25,211 bases of DNA from Octopus sinensis (lineage: Eukaryota), in contig NW_021824827.1 of assembly GCF_006345805.1 (NCBI RefSeq), positions 1-25,211 of the forward strand, read 5' to 3'. Positions 9,526 through 20,165 of this stretch are shown here, piece after piece; position 1 is the first letter of the stretch, and each line of letters starts with the position of its first letter. The translations under genes were made by a program, and so were the position numbers. The notes beneath the pieces are model-generated. The model saw only the letters and a list, made by a program, of their open reading frames with translations, had not been told where the DNA came from and made no database searches.

Positions 9526-10176
9526 GGATCTTTTCTTTTTGAACGGCAAATGTCAACACAATTTCTAGTGAACTAAACACTTTTAAACTTCGTATACTGG
9601 TAGAATGTGTTTATAAAACATCATTTTCTCTTAGTTTTATTGAGAAAATTCTATAGTTTGTAAGATATTTCGTCTGAAAATCCGAGCATTTCGGCAATTT
9701 TAACCAATAGATTACCTCCATTCAACTAAAATCATTTGCTGCGTCTAAAACTGAGACAACATCCTGTAACTAACCTTAAACCTCCCCCCTAACCCTAACC
9801 CTAACCCTAATTTATTTTTCTTAATCGTTAAATTAATTTAATTCCATTGCTTTAGTTTTTTTACTCGCGTAACAATTAAATTAATTTAACAATTAAGAAA
9901 AAAAAATTAGGGTTAGGGTTAGGGTTAGGGGGGAGGTTTAGGGTTAGTTACAGGATGTTGTCTCAGTTTTAGACGCAGCAAATGATTTTAGCTCAAAAGT
10001 GAGCATAGGATTGGTTAAAATTCGAAAAATTAAACTACGTTAAACAAACAAATTACAATTTTCTCAAGAAAGCCAAGAGAAAAAAATGTTTTATTTTGAC
10101 ACATTCTACTAGTATACGAAATTTTAAAGTGTTTAGTTAACTAGAAATTGTCTGCCGTTCAAAAGGAAAAGATCCC
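9526..10176. mobile_element. About 650-bp palindromic non-autonomous element with (CCCTAA)n/(TTAGGG)n in its arms
   Basis: Termini GGATCTTTTCTTTTTGAACGGCA and TGCCGTTCAAAAGGAAAAGATCC; arms pair along most of their length. Confidence 0.85.
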
Positions 10177-10296
10177 AAAAAACGATAACGAAAGCTTGAC
10201 TAGCCATGTTTAGCTTCTTACCCAGACAAAAAAAAAAAAAAAAAAGTTAGAGAAAAAAACACAGACTTCTGTTAAATCTGATATAGAGGTACTTAC

Positions 10297-10434
10297 AAAT
10301 TGGGCCAGTACGTGGAACTTCTAAAACACATTTAAATTGCCCATTTTCGACACACACAACAGTGGCACCTTTTGACAGACAATCCGGAAATGGTTGTGTA
10401 CAATCGTAAGTTGGTAAGGAGCATTTTGCTGGAC
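10297..10434 (-). CDS. Exon 2: Cys-rich domain (C)PAKCSLPTYDCTQPFPDCLSKGATVVCVENGQFKCVLEVPRTGPI
   Basis: Acceptor atattttcag| and donor T|GTAAGT; 138 nt, phase 1-1, open, non-repetitive and Cys-rich (within track ORF 10247..10462). Confidence 0.85.
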
Positions 10435-10578
10435 CTGAAAATATCACATAAATGATTGTCAAATATATATATATTGATAAAAGTGGTAAGACAACAAAAG
10501 AATGAAAGAGACCTCGTTATTATGTAAATAGAAGACTTTATCTGTAAATGTAATATGTGACAATTATTTGGTAGCCAT

Positions 10579-10639
10579 GATAAAACTCCGAGTTTCAGAT
10601 GTCGGGGTGGAAATCCACGCCGCCATCTCTTCAGTTATC
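10579..10639 (-). ncRNA. Minimal type I hammerhead ribozyme motif (Penelope-like type)
   Basis: GATAA-CTGAAGA-long stem II (GATGGCGGCGTGG/CCACCCCGACATC)-T-GAAA-CTCGGAG-TT-TTATC; 5-bp stem I, near-palindromic stem III, GUU cleavage triplet. Confidence 0.7.
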
Positions 10640-10664
10640 CGGCCAACGGAAAAAATGCTATGAA

Positions 10665-10793
10665 GATGACCGTAAAACAAAGGGTAATTACTGTGTGATT
10701 GTCCGTTATTAAGACAAAAGTGCTATTTGAATGACCGCTAGGGGGTAAAATTGAACATTTTCCCTTTGTTTAAACGGTCATTCTCATAGCATT
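10665..10793. repeat. Short inverted-repeat element (MITE-like)
   Basis: ATGCTATGAAGATGACCGTAAAACAAAGGG pairs with CCCTTTGTTTAAACGGTCATTCTCATAGCAT. Confidence 0.75.
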
Positions 10794-10951
10794 ATATATA
10801 TATATGGAGAGTTTACGAAAAAGAGAAAAGTCGAAGACAGGTGGTGTACAAAACAAACAGATGTATTAGTATAACGCTCAGGAATAGAAAAAGTCTTTTA
10901 CGTTTCGAGCCTATATATATATATATATCTATATATGCATGTATATATGCA

Positions 10952-10997
<46 letters not shown>

Positions 10998-11053
10998 TAG
11001 TGAATTGAAGAAATGGAGTTGAACGAAGATTGAACAGAAATCGTTTTATTGCA

Positions 11054-11133
11054 TTCTACACGTGTTTCGAAAGGCACAATTTACCAAATTCCGATTGAAT
11101 AAGGAGACCATATTGTGTCTTTCTCTTCAGGAA
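11054..11133 (-). ncRNA. Minimal type I hammerhead ribozyme motif with intact core
   Basis: TTC-CTGAAGA-GAAAGACACAAT...ATTGTGCCTTTC-GAAA-CACGTG-TA-GAA; 11/12-bp stem II, palindromic stem III ACACGTGT, GUA triplet, 3-bp stem I. Confidence 0.72.
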
Positions 11134-11285
11134 GAAATAGGAAATCCGTTGGAAAAAACAAAAACAGAACAGAGGCGGAGCAAAACAAATCGAACGAGGC
11201 TCCTAAGAGCCCATGGCCAAACTTTTGATTAATCTGCAACAAGATTATTCATCTTTCTATTTCACAATATATATATATATATAAT

Positions 11286-11329
<44 letters not shown>

Positions 11330-11582
11330 TATACTAATACGATAAAACTTTTTCGAAAAAAATTATTTTCCCCCAAATTTATCAATGGCCAACATGTTAA
11401 AAAATACCTTTAAAGGTTAAATTATAAAACAATTCTAAATAAGGGCAAACAAAAAAATTCTAATGCCAAATATGCCGAAAAATTGGACATATTGTCCATT
11501 AACCATATAATTTTTCACAATACGCACGCTACTCGAAAAAAGGGGACAGAAATTTCTAGAAACTTTAGAAATTGTTTGTTGT

Positions 11583-11628
11583 TAACAACGTTTCGGCTGA
11601 TATACCCTACAACCTTCATCTGGTGCTT
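11583..11628 (-). ncRNA. Degenerate hammerhead motif in a Penelope-like terminal repeat
   Basis: CAGATGA-AGGTTG...CAGCC-GAAACGTT; U4A core change and a disrupted stem I. Confidence 0.45.
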
Positions 11629-11652
11629 TGGGAAAATTTTCTTTCCTAAGGT

Positions 11653-11674
11653 ATTATTATTATTATTATTATTA

Positions 11675-11715
<41 letters not shown>

Positions 11716-11945
11716 CATTATTATTACTATTATTATTATTATCATTATCATTATAGTGAGAGAGCAGTGCATGCCATCATCCAGTGACACTGGGTAAAAT
11801 ATACGAAGCCGTGTATACCCATCATGGCTACCCGTCTGATAAAGGTACACCAGGCACTTGCATCACAACCATATGTGCACGACATGGTGATCTTACATCA
11901 AGATAAACAGTGCTTGACCTTGCAGGTGGGGCCCAGTTAGAATTT
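11653..11945 (-). mobile_element. Shorter, inverted copy of the 24095-24700 element with (AAT)n tail
   Basis: Direct alignment of the two copies. Confidence 0.75.
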
Positions 11946-12106
11946 AATATATATATTATATATATATATATATAATATATATATAATATATATATATATA
12001 TTATATATATATATATACATATATACATATAATATAAATACATATATACAATATATATATATATATACATATAATATATACATACATATATAATAATATA
12101 CATACC

Positions 12107-12154
<48 letters not shown>

Positions 12155-12210
12155 TATATTATAATATACATATATAATTCTACATGTATGTAATATATGT
12201 ATATATATAC

Positions 12211-12243
<33 letters not shown>

Positions 12244-12273
12244 TATGTATGTATATATATTGTATATATATAC

Positions 12274-12334
<61 letters not shown>

Positions 12335-12480
12335 CATATATATATATATTAAATATGTATGTATATATATGTCTATAGATATATATATATACATATATAA
12401 TATATATATATATATATATACATATCTACTATACTATATAGATATCATATATATGTATAATATATACATATATATATACA

Positions 12481-12522
<42 letters not shown>

Positions 12523-12632
12523 TATATACATATATATATATATAATATATATATATCTATATATATATATATATATCTATATATATATATCTTATATATA
12601 TATATTATATATATATATATATATATATTAGT

Positions 12633-12928
12633 GGTGGCACATGGCCTAGTGGTTACACAGCATTGGAACTCGCGGTCGAGGGATCGTGGGTTCGAATTTG
12701 AGATGTGTGTGTTTTATGAGCAAAACACGCAGTTCCAGCGGAAGATAATGGCAAACTTCTGCTGACTCTTTCGCTACAACTTTCTCTCACTCTTTCCTCC
12801 TGCATCTCGCAGCTCACCTGCGACGGACCGGCGTCCGTCCAGGTGGGGAACTTATGCACCAAGGAAACCGGGAAATCGGCCCTTATGAGCCTGGCGTGGC
12901 TCGAGAAGGAACAGGAACAAACAAACAA
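12633..12928 (+). mobile_element. tRNA-derived SINE family 3
   Basis: A box TGGCCTAGTGG, B box GGTTCGAATT, 3' (AAAC)n tail, embedded in TA repeats. Confidence 0.75.
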
Positions 12929-13305
12929 TATATATATATAAGTAATATTAGATGGTAAATGATCTTAATTTTCTTTCCCTTCGAGAATTTATCCCTAATT
13001 AGTGGTTTGAGCTGTTTACTGTTCTTTCTAGCGCAAGGGTTTCCTATGATGGAAGCCTCTTAATGTGTTTTAATGTACACGATATTATATATATATATAT
13101 ATATATGTTATATATTTGTATGTATATATATAATATTATATATATATGTAATATATATATGTTTTTATATATAATGTAATATATATATGTATATATATAT
13201 ATATGTATATATATATATAAATTGTGTATATATATATGTATATATATATAATAAATATGTATATATATATAAATATGTATATATATATATATATATATAA
13301 TATAA

Positions 13306-13354
<49 letters not shown>

Positions 13355-13376
13355 ACATACTACATACATACATACC

Positions 13377-13428
<52 letters not shown>

Positions 13429-13665
13429 TATATATATATATATATATATACTTGTGTGGCGGATGAACAGTCGACTGTGCCGGCCTGTGTGTGTACTTTA
13501 CCCTAACCTATTTTTATCGACCTCTGAAAGATGAAAACGGCAAAGCTGACATCGTTAGGATTCGAACTCAGAATTTACATTTACGTTTACATTGGGATAT
13601 GCCAATCCTTCCACCAACTCTTCCAAATCAAACATATAATAGCTATAAGAAATCATCTAACTTAC

Positions 13666-13726
13666 ATGAAGCCAAAGCCGAGCAGAAAATTCCACACAGA
13701 AGTAGGAAATATATTGTTTGTGACAT
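13666..13726 (-). CDS. Exon 1 (coding part) of secreted Cys-rich/mucin-like protein: signal peptide MSQTIYFLLLCGIFCSALA-S, phase-1 end
   Basis: ATG at 13726-13724, 20 codons forming a hydrophobic core ending in A-L-A, then T|GTAAGT donor at 13665. The phase-1 T joins GT of the next exon to give Cys. Not in the ORF track frame. Confidence 0.8.
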
Positions 13727-13820
13727 TATTCTGGCGTTGGTAGTTTCTTGCAAATGAAATAGCCTTTCGCTTCTTGGGCGTTCGAAGGAAATACAGAACC
13801 AAAAGATAAAGCAACTGGTA

Positions 13821-13845
13821 CTCCCTTTTAAATAAGAATATATTA
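13821..13845 (-). promoter_or_regulatory. TATA-like box (TATTTAAAAG) or, alternatively, a splice acceptor about 100 nt upstream of the ATG
   Basis: Motif at 13834-13825. The two readings cannot be told apart from sequence alone. Confidence 0.25.
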
Positions 13846-13904
13846 CAACACACTATTGATTACGCTGTGTCTAATTAGCAGATGTCAAGTGGTGTGTATG
13901 TCTC

Positions 13905-13943
<39 letters not shown>

Positions 13944-14053
13944 TTGTGCGTGATGTGTGTAGGGTGTTCATGTGTTAAATTAAATATTTATATCTACGAA
14001 TAAAGAACTGTTGCCCCCCCCCAGTATGTTTCTGTTACGTATGTATGAATGTA

Positions 14054-14104
<51 letters not shown>

Positions 14105-14121
14105 GGTATACATACATACAT

Positions 14122-14154
<33 letters not shown>

Positions 14155-14204
14155 GTATGTGTATATACATACATGTATATTATGTATGTGCGTGCGTGGT
14201 GGTG

Positions 14205-14243
<39 letters not shown>

Positions 14244-14348
14244 TTGTGTGCATCTATATATATATATATGTATGTATATATGCATATATATATATATATT
14301 ATATACGTATATGATATCTATAGATGTATATTTGTATATACGTGTACA

Positions 14349-14411
<63 letters not shown>

Positions 14412-14779
14412 ATACACACATATACACATATACACACAAATGTATATGTATGTGTGTGTATGGGGAGGTGTGTGTGTATGTATATATATATATATATATA
14501 TATATGTAGTTTACTCTATATTGTTTGTTGTGTATTCACGTAAACACATACGTGTATATATGTGAGTATATGTGTCAGCGTCTATTCGTGTTACTGCGTG
14601 ACTGTGTCTAAGAGCTAAGGTTGTATACGTACGTGTATATATGTCTTTATATTTATTCATATCTGTATAAACGATAATCTTTTCCACAATTGGATTCTCT
14701 GTCCGAGAACAATAGCAGACAACAGCGTCAGACGTAAGGATTCTAATTAACTGGTCTTCGGTGTATTCCTTTCGCGCGC

Positions 14780-14819
<40 letters not shown>

Positions 14820-14926
14820 CGGTGTTTGGGTGTGCGTGACTTCAGCCGTTCGAGATGGCGGCCTTTAGAACCAGCAGTTGTAATAGCGGTTGTGTAAAGC
14901 AATCTTAGTTTTATTTACATTTAAAA

Positions 14927-15002
14927 TGATGATGACGACGACGACGATGACGATGACGACGATGATGACGATGATGATGATTATGATGATGATGATGATG
15001 AC

Positions 15003-15041
<39 letters not shown>

Positions 15042-15143
15042 AATGACGATGATGATGATGATGATGATGATGGTGATGGTGATGATGATGATGACGATGA
15101 TGATGATGATGACGATGATGATGATGATGATGATGATGATGAA

Positions 15144-15176
<33 letters not shown>

Positions 15177-15455
15177 TGATGACGATGATGATGATGATGA
15201 CGATGATGATGATGATGATGAAGATGATGATGACGATGATGATGACGATGATGACGATGATGATGATGATGATGATGACGACGATGATGATGATGATGAT
15301 GCCTCTGATGGTAACGACGACGGTGATGACAATGATGACGCTGCTGATGATGATAATGACGATGATGATGATGATGATGATGATGACGATGATTATGATG
15401 ATGATGGCGATAATGATGAGACGACTAGGACTATGATAATGATGATGATGATGAT
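14927..15455 (+). repeat. (GAT)n/(GAC)n trinucleotide array
   Basis: Seen directly. Confidence 0.97.
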
Positions 15456-15651
15456 ATATAATAATTATTTCAAATTCTGGCGCAAGTTTTGCATTTTTCT
15501 TCTTTTTGGAAGTTGGTAGTTGGTCGACACTCGACCCATACCCCCACCCAGTACTTTATTTTTTCGAACCCCGAAAGAATAAAATACAAAATTTGACCTC
15601 ACGGAATTTGAACTCAGAATGCGATGATCTGGAAGAAATGTCGTGACCCAT

Positions 15652-15801
15652 TTTTACCTCCGTCTTCGCTTAGTCGGAGGTATTGTTTTCAGTCGTATTT
15701 GTTTGTTTGTTCGTTTGTCCGTGGACAAGATATCTCAAGAACCACAGGATGGATTTGGATTAAACTTTCAGGGATATTTGGCCTCGTGACTAACACAAAC
15801 T
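15652..15801 (+). mobile_element. Helentron/DINE-1-like (HINE) 5' fragment
   Basis: Hairpin ACCTCCG/CGGAGGT at 15656-15681, GTTT microsatellite, then GGATTTGGATTAAACTT; assignment from recalled architecture. Confidence 0.45.
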
Positions 15802-16250
15802 GGATCTTTTCGGTTTGACCGGCAGTTTTTTCCTAGCGGTGTCATATGAAATTGTCACCCATAATTATGACCCTAGTATCGATCTATTGCATTTCAATCT
15901 GTTTTAGGGTTAGGGTTAGAGTTAGGGTTAGTTAGGGTTATGGATAGGGTTAGGTTTAGGGGTGGGGGAAAGGGTATCTTTTTTTCTTCAGAAATGTAAA
16001 TAAACCCAATCTGTTTCTTAAACTAGGGACATATTCATACAGCACAGAATGTTTTCACCTCAATAGACGTCATTGATTGCTTGAAATTGCAGAAATTGAA
16101 GAAAAACACCAACAAATATCTTACAAACTATAGAATTTTCTCAATAAAGCCAAGAGAAAAAGATGTTTTATAAACACATTCTACCAGTATACGAAGTTTA
16201 AAAGTGTTTAGTTACGTGGAAATTATTTTAAAAAACTGCTGGTCAATTTT
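15802..16250. mobile_element. Related element with the same termini and TTAGGG repeats but a different left arm
   Basis: Starts ggatcttttcggtttgaccggcag; 16110-16240 matches the arm of 9526-10176. Confidence 0.7.
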
Positions 16251-16336
16251 TGAGAGCGGTCAGGTTCATTTTTAGTATTTCTCTGAGTGCTCTTGTTGTC
16301 TTCTGTTTTAAATTTCTGCTAGGATATATTTTAAAT

Positions 16337-16533
16337 CAATAATTTTATTACTCGTTTCAAATTTTGTCACAAGGCCAATAATTTCAGTGGCGGGAGTAAG
16401 TCGATAACAACGACTTCAGTGTTCAACGGGTACTTATTTTATCGACCCCGAAACGATGAAAGGCAAAGTTGACCCTGGTTGAATTTGAACTCAGAGCGTC
16501 GGAAGATATGCCGTAAAGCATTTTTTTACGATC
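16337..16533 (-). mobile_element. 5'-truncated SINE family 2 copy with about 20-bp target-site duplication
   Basis: Direct repeat ctgctaggatatattt(t)aaat at 16316-16336 and 16534-16553. Confidence 0.7.
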
Positions 16534-16574
16534 CTGCTAGGATATATTTAAATTAGTAATCTGATAACTGTTTG

Positions 16575-18020
16575 AAGGCAGCGAGCTGGCAGAATCGTTA
16601 GCACTTCAGGAAAATGCTTAGCGGCACTTGGTAGGTCTTTACGTTCTGGGTTCAAATTCCGCCGAGGTCGACTTTGCCTTTCATCCTTTCGGGGTCGATA
16701 AATTAAGTACCAGTTACGCAACTGGGGTCGATATAATCGACTTAATCCGTTTGTCTGTCCTTGTTTGTCCTCTCTGTTTTTAGCCTCTTGTGGTAGTAAA
16801 GAAATAGGTATTTCGTCTGTCTGTACCTTCTGAGTTCTATTTCCGCCGAGGTCGACTTTGTCTTTCATCCTTTTGGGGTCGATAAATTAAGTACCAGTTG
16901 CGTACTGGGGATCGATCTAATCGACTAGCCTCTTCCCGCAAAATTTCGGGCCTTGTGTCTTGAGTAGAAAAGAATAATAAATTAATAATTATCCCTCCTA
17001 AGATTTGGCAGAGAAGGAGACTAGTCCATTTTATTCGAAACCCGTGTTCAACTGGTACATAGTTTTTCGACCCCGAAATGATGAAAGACAAAGTAAACCT
17101 CAGCGGAATTTGAACGCAAAACTTAAAGGGCCGGAAGAAATGCTACGGATGATTGTGTCTGATGCGCTAAAAGATTCTGCCAGCTGACCGCCTTATTAAC
17201 AACAACAACCCTTTTTAATATAGGTACAAGGCCTGAAGTTTTGGGTGTTGGGGCTAGTCGATTACATCGATTCTAATGCGTAACTGGTACTTATTTATTC
17301 AACTCCGAAAGGATGAAAACCAAAGTCGACCTCAGCGGAATTTGAACTCAGAACGTAAAGACGGACGAAATGCTGCTAAGCATTTTGCACGGCGTGTTAA
17401 CGACTCTGCCAGCTCACCGCCTTAACGATAATGACAATCCTTTGTACTATAGGCAAAAGGCCTGGAATTTGTTGGGAGGGATCCAGTCGATTACATCGAC
17501 ACCATGGCTCAACTGCTACTCATTTTATCGATCCCGTAAGGGTGGAAGGGAAAGGTGACCTCTGTGGAATTTGAACTCAGAACGTCAAGGCAGACGAAAT
17601 GCTGCTAAGCATTTTGTCCAGTGTGCTACCATTAATAATCATAATAATCCTTTCAACTAAAGGTACAAGGCCCGAAATTTTTGGTGAAGGTGACAAGTCG
17701 ATTACATCGGCCCTAGAACGCAACCGGTACTTAATTTATCGACCCCGAAAGGATGAAAGGCAGAGTCGACCTCGGCGGAATTTGAACTCAGAACGCAGCG
17801 ACAGGCGAAATACCTATTTCTTTAAGGACAGACAAACGGATTAAGTCGATTACATCGACCCCAGTGCGTAACGGGTACTTAATTTATCGACCCTGAAAGG
17901 ATGAAAGGCAAAGTCGACCTCGGCGGAATTTGAACTCAAAACGTAACAGCAGACGAAATACCTATTTCTTTATTGCCCACAAGGGGCTAAACATAGAAGG
18001 GACAAACAAGGACAGACTAA
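16575..18020. mobile_element. Pile-up of about 8 SINE family 2 units (a + strand dimer at 16575-16985, then minus-strand copies)
   Basis: Repeated gaaaggatgaaaggcaaagtcgacctcggcggaatttgaactcagaac core in both orientations. Confidence 0.88.
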
Positions 18021-18370
18021 GGGACTTTGATATCAGCATTAATTCAAGCCTATTTTCGTTAATATTCAGCTAAAATGCGAAGAGTTAAATGATCGATATT
18101 GTAAATATTTATCAATGTCACAATGTATTTAGAAGTACGTGAGATTTCTGCTTGGACTGTCTTTCACTTCAGAACAGATGTCGAGAAAACAAAAGAAAAA
18201 CTTAAGATGGCTGCCTTAACAGCTTCTGCAGTTAATACTAATGTCAACAGTAAGATAATGATTTGTTGTTTTGATTGTCATTTATAACCAAGGAGTTTGT
18301 TTGTATGTGATATACATACACGCCCATACACATATTCACAATTAATTATAGATGTGTGTGTGTGTGTGTA

Positions 18371-18445
18371 CAGTAATACCTCCACTATCGCGGGTGTTAT
18401 GTCCCAAAACCCGCGATAGGTGGAAATCTGCAAAGTAGATATTTA
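18371..18445. mobile_element. Tigger-like terminal fragment
   Basis: TA|CAGTAATACCTCCACTATCGCGGG...CCCGCGATAGGTGG; resembles the reverse complement of the 23220-23249 end. Confidence 0.6.
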
Positions 18446-18848
18446 CTCATTTACTCATTTACTTGTTTCAGTCATTTGACTGCGGCCATGCTGGAGCACC
18501 GCCTTTAGTCGAGCAACTCGACCCCGGGACTTATTCTTTTTGTAAGCCCAGTACTTATTCTATCGGTCTCTTATGCCGAACCGCTAAGTAACGGGGACGT
18601 AAACACACCAGCATCGGTTGTCAAGCAATGCTAGGGGAACAAACACAGACACACAAACACACACATATATATATATACATATATACGACAGGCTTCTTTC
18701 AGTTTCCGTCTACCAAATCCACTCACAAGGCATTGGTCGGCCCGGGGCTATAGTAGAAGACACTTGCCCAAGATGCCACGCAGTGGGACTGAACCCGGAA
18801 CCATGTGGTTGGTTAGCAAGTTACTTACCACACAGCCACTCCTGCGCC
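18445..18848 (-). mobile_element. SINE family 1, full length
   Basis: Near-identity to 3151-3557. Confidence 0.9.
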
Positions 18849-19018
18849 TATATCTATATATTTATATATAAACTGTTTTTAACATTTTCTTATTATTATC
18901 AAAGAACGTATATATGTATTGGAATCTTTTATGCCTAATATTTTAATGAACTTTTTAATTTTTTAATATTTTCCCAAGATTTTTCCTTGTAAATTGTTTT
19001 TAACATGTTCTTATTATT

Positions 19019-19337
19019 GGTTGGCATCCTTTCTGTCTCGGGAGACAATGGAGTTGCGCATGAAGTAGTCTAGTCCGGCTTTTATATTTCATGTCCTGAT
19101 ACATTTCCTGCTGTGGCTGTGTAGTCCTATCCTGGACAAACTCTCCCTCTGGCAGGTACCGCAAATGTAGCGAAGACTGTTCCTGGCTGGTTGTAGTGCC
19201 ATAGTCTCTTGTTTACGTCTCTTCCTTTCTTTCCATTTCTCCTCTCTCTCTCTCTGTCACTCCTTTGTATTCCCTCTTTTACGGTACGTCGCCATTCTCC
19301 ACGGTTGCCGGCAACTGCCTCCCAACCGCTAATATTG
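19019..19337 (-). mobile_element. 5'-truncated RTE-like LINE 3' end with 14-bp TSD
   Basis: WEAVAGNRGEWRRTVKEGI resembles the RTE ORF C-terminus; TSD atgttcttattatt at 19005-19018 and 19338-19351. Confidence 0.75.
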
Positions 19338-19483
19338 ATGTTCTTATTATTATCAAAGAATGTATATATGTATTGTAATATTTTGTGACAACCAGTACCT
19401 AACACAACAAAGCTTTTACATGTTACTTTTGACAATCTTTTTCAAGTGAATAAACATCTTTCAAAATGCATTTTCAAACCTTC

Positions 19484-19529
<46 letters not shown>

Positions 19530-19530
<1 letters not shown>

Positions 19531-19655
19531 TAAATGGCCTGCTCGCTTAGCCAGCGGGGTGGCGTCATTCGAAGGCTAAAACAATGCGAACGCATTGTGA
19601 CCAGCGATGTGTAACTACATCTGATGGACTAGTCGGTCACGTGATCACGTGACGT
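19530..19655. repeat. Short interspersed-repeat-like fragment between TA arrays
   Basis: Single copy in the window, bounded by TA repeats; recognised only from memory as a common repeat. Confidence 0.35.
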
Positions 19656-19683
19656 GATATATATATATATATATATATGTATG

Positions 19684-19750
<67 letters not shown>

Positions 19751-19779
19751 GTATGTAATATATATATATTATATATATG

Positions 19780-19830
<51 letters not shown>

Positions 19831-19849
19831 ATATATATATATTTGTACT

Positions 19850-19940
<91 letters not shown>

Positions 19941-19942
<2 letters not shown>

Positions 19943-20165
19943 TTCTTTACTACCCACAAGGGGCTAAACACAGAGGAGACAAACAAGGACAGACAAACGG
20001 ATTAAGTCGATTACATCGACCCCAGTGCATAACTGGTACTTAATTTATCGACCCCGGAAGGATGAAAGGCAAAGTCGACCTCGGCGGAATTTGAACTCGG
20101 AACGTAACGGCAGACGAAATACGGCAACGCATTTCGCCCGGCGTGCTAACGTTTCTGCCAGCTTA
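19941..20165 (-). mobile_element. SINE family 2 monomer
   Basis: Same core; tail abuts a TA repeat. Confidence 0.88.

Larger units (their letters stand above)
11946..14510. repeat. Long degenerate (TA)n/(TACA)n tracts (11946-12628, 13085-13450, 14040-14510); also 19486-19941 and 21000-21112
   Basis: Seen directly; the interval also contains the SINE and exon listed separately. Confidence 0.95.

Noticed and set aside
9781-9950. TTAGGG repeats as a telomere or fusion scar (also 15905-15960)
   Set aside because: Only about 3 units per arm, inside a dispersed element with defined termini.
12633-12710. tRNA-like segment with A and B boxes
   Set aside because: No convincing cloverleaf, and it continues into a SINE body and tail; counted as a SINE head.
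11828-14543. Many YI/IY-repeat ORFs (also 19677-20043, 7901-8335, 23182-23573)
   Set aside because: They are translations of TA, GATA and ACAT microsatellites.
14865-15519. Long poly-Met/Asp, poly-Ser/Ile ORFs
   Set aside because: Translations of a (GAT)n/(GAC)n array open in several frames; no splice or compositional support.
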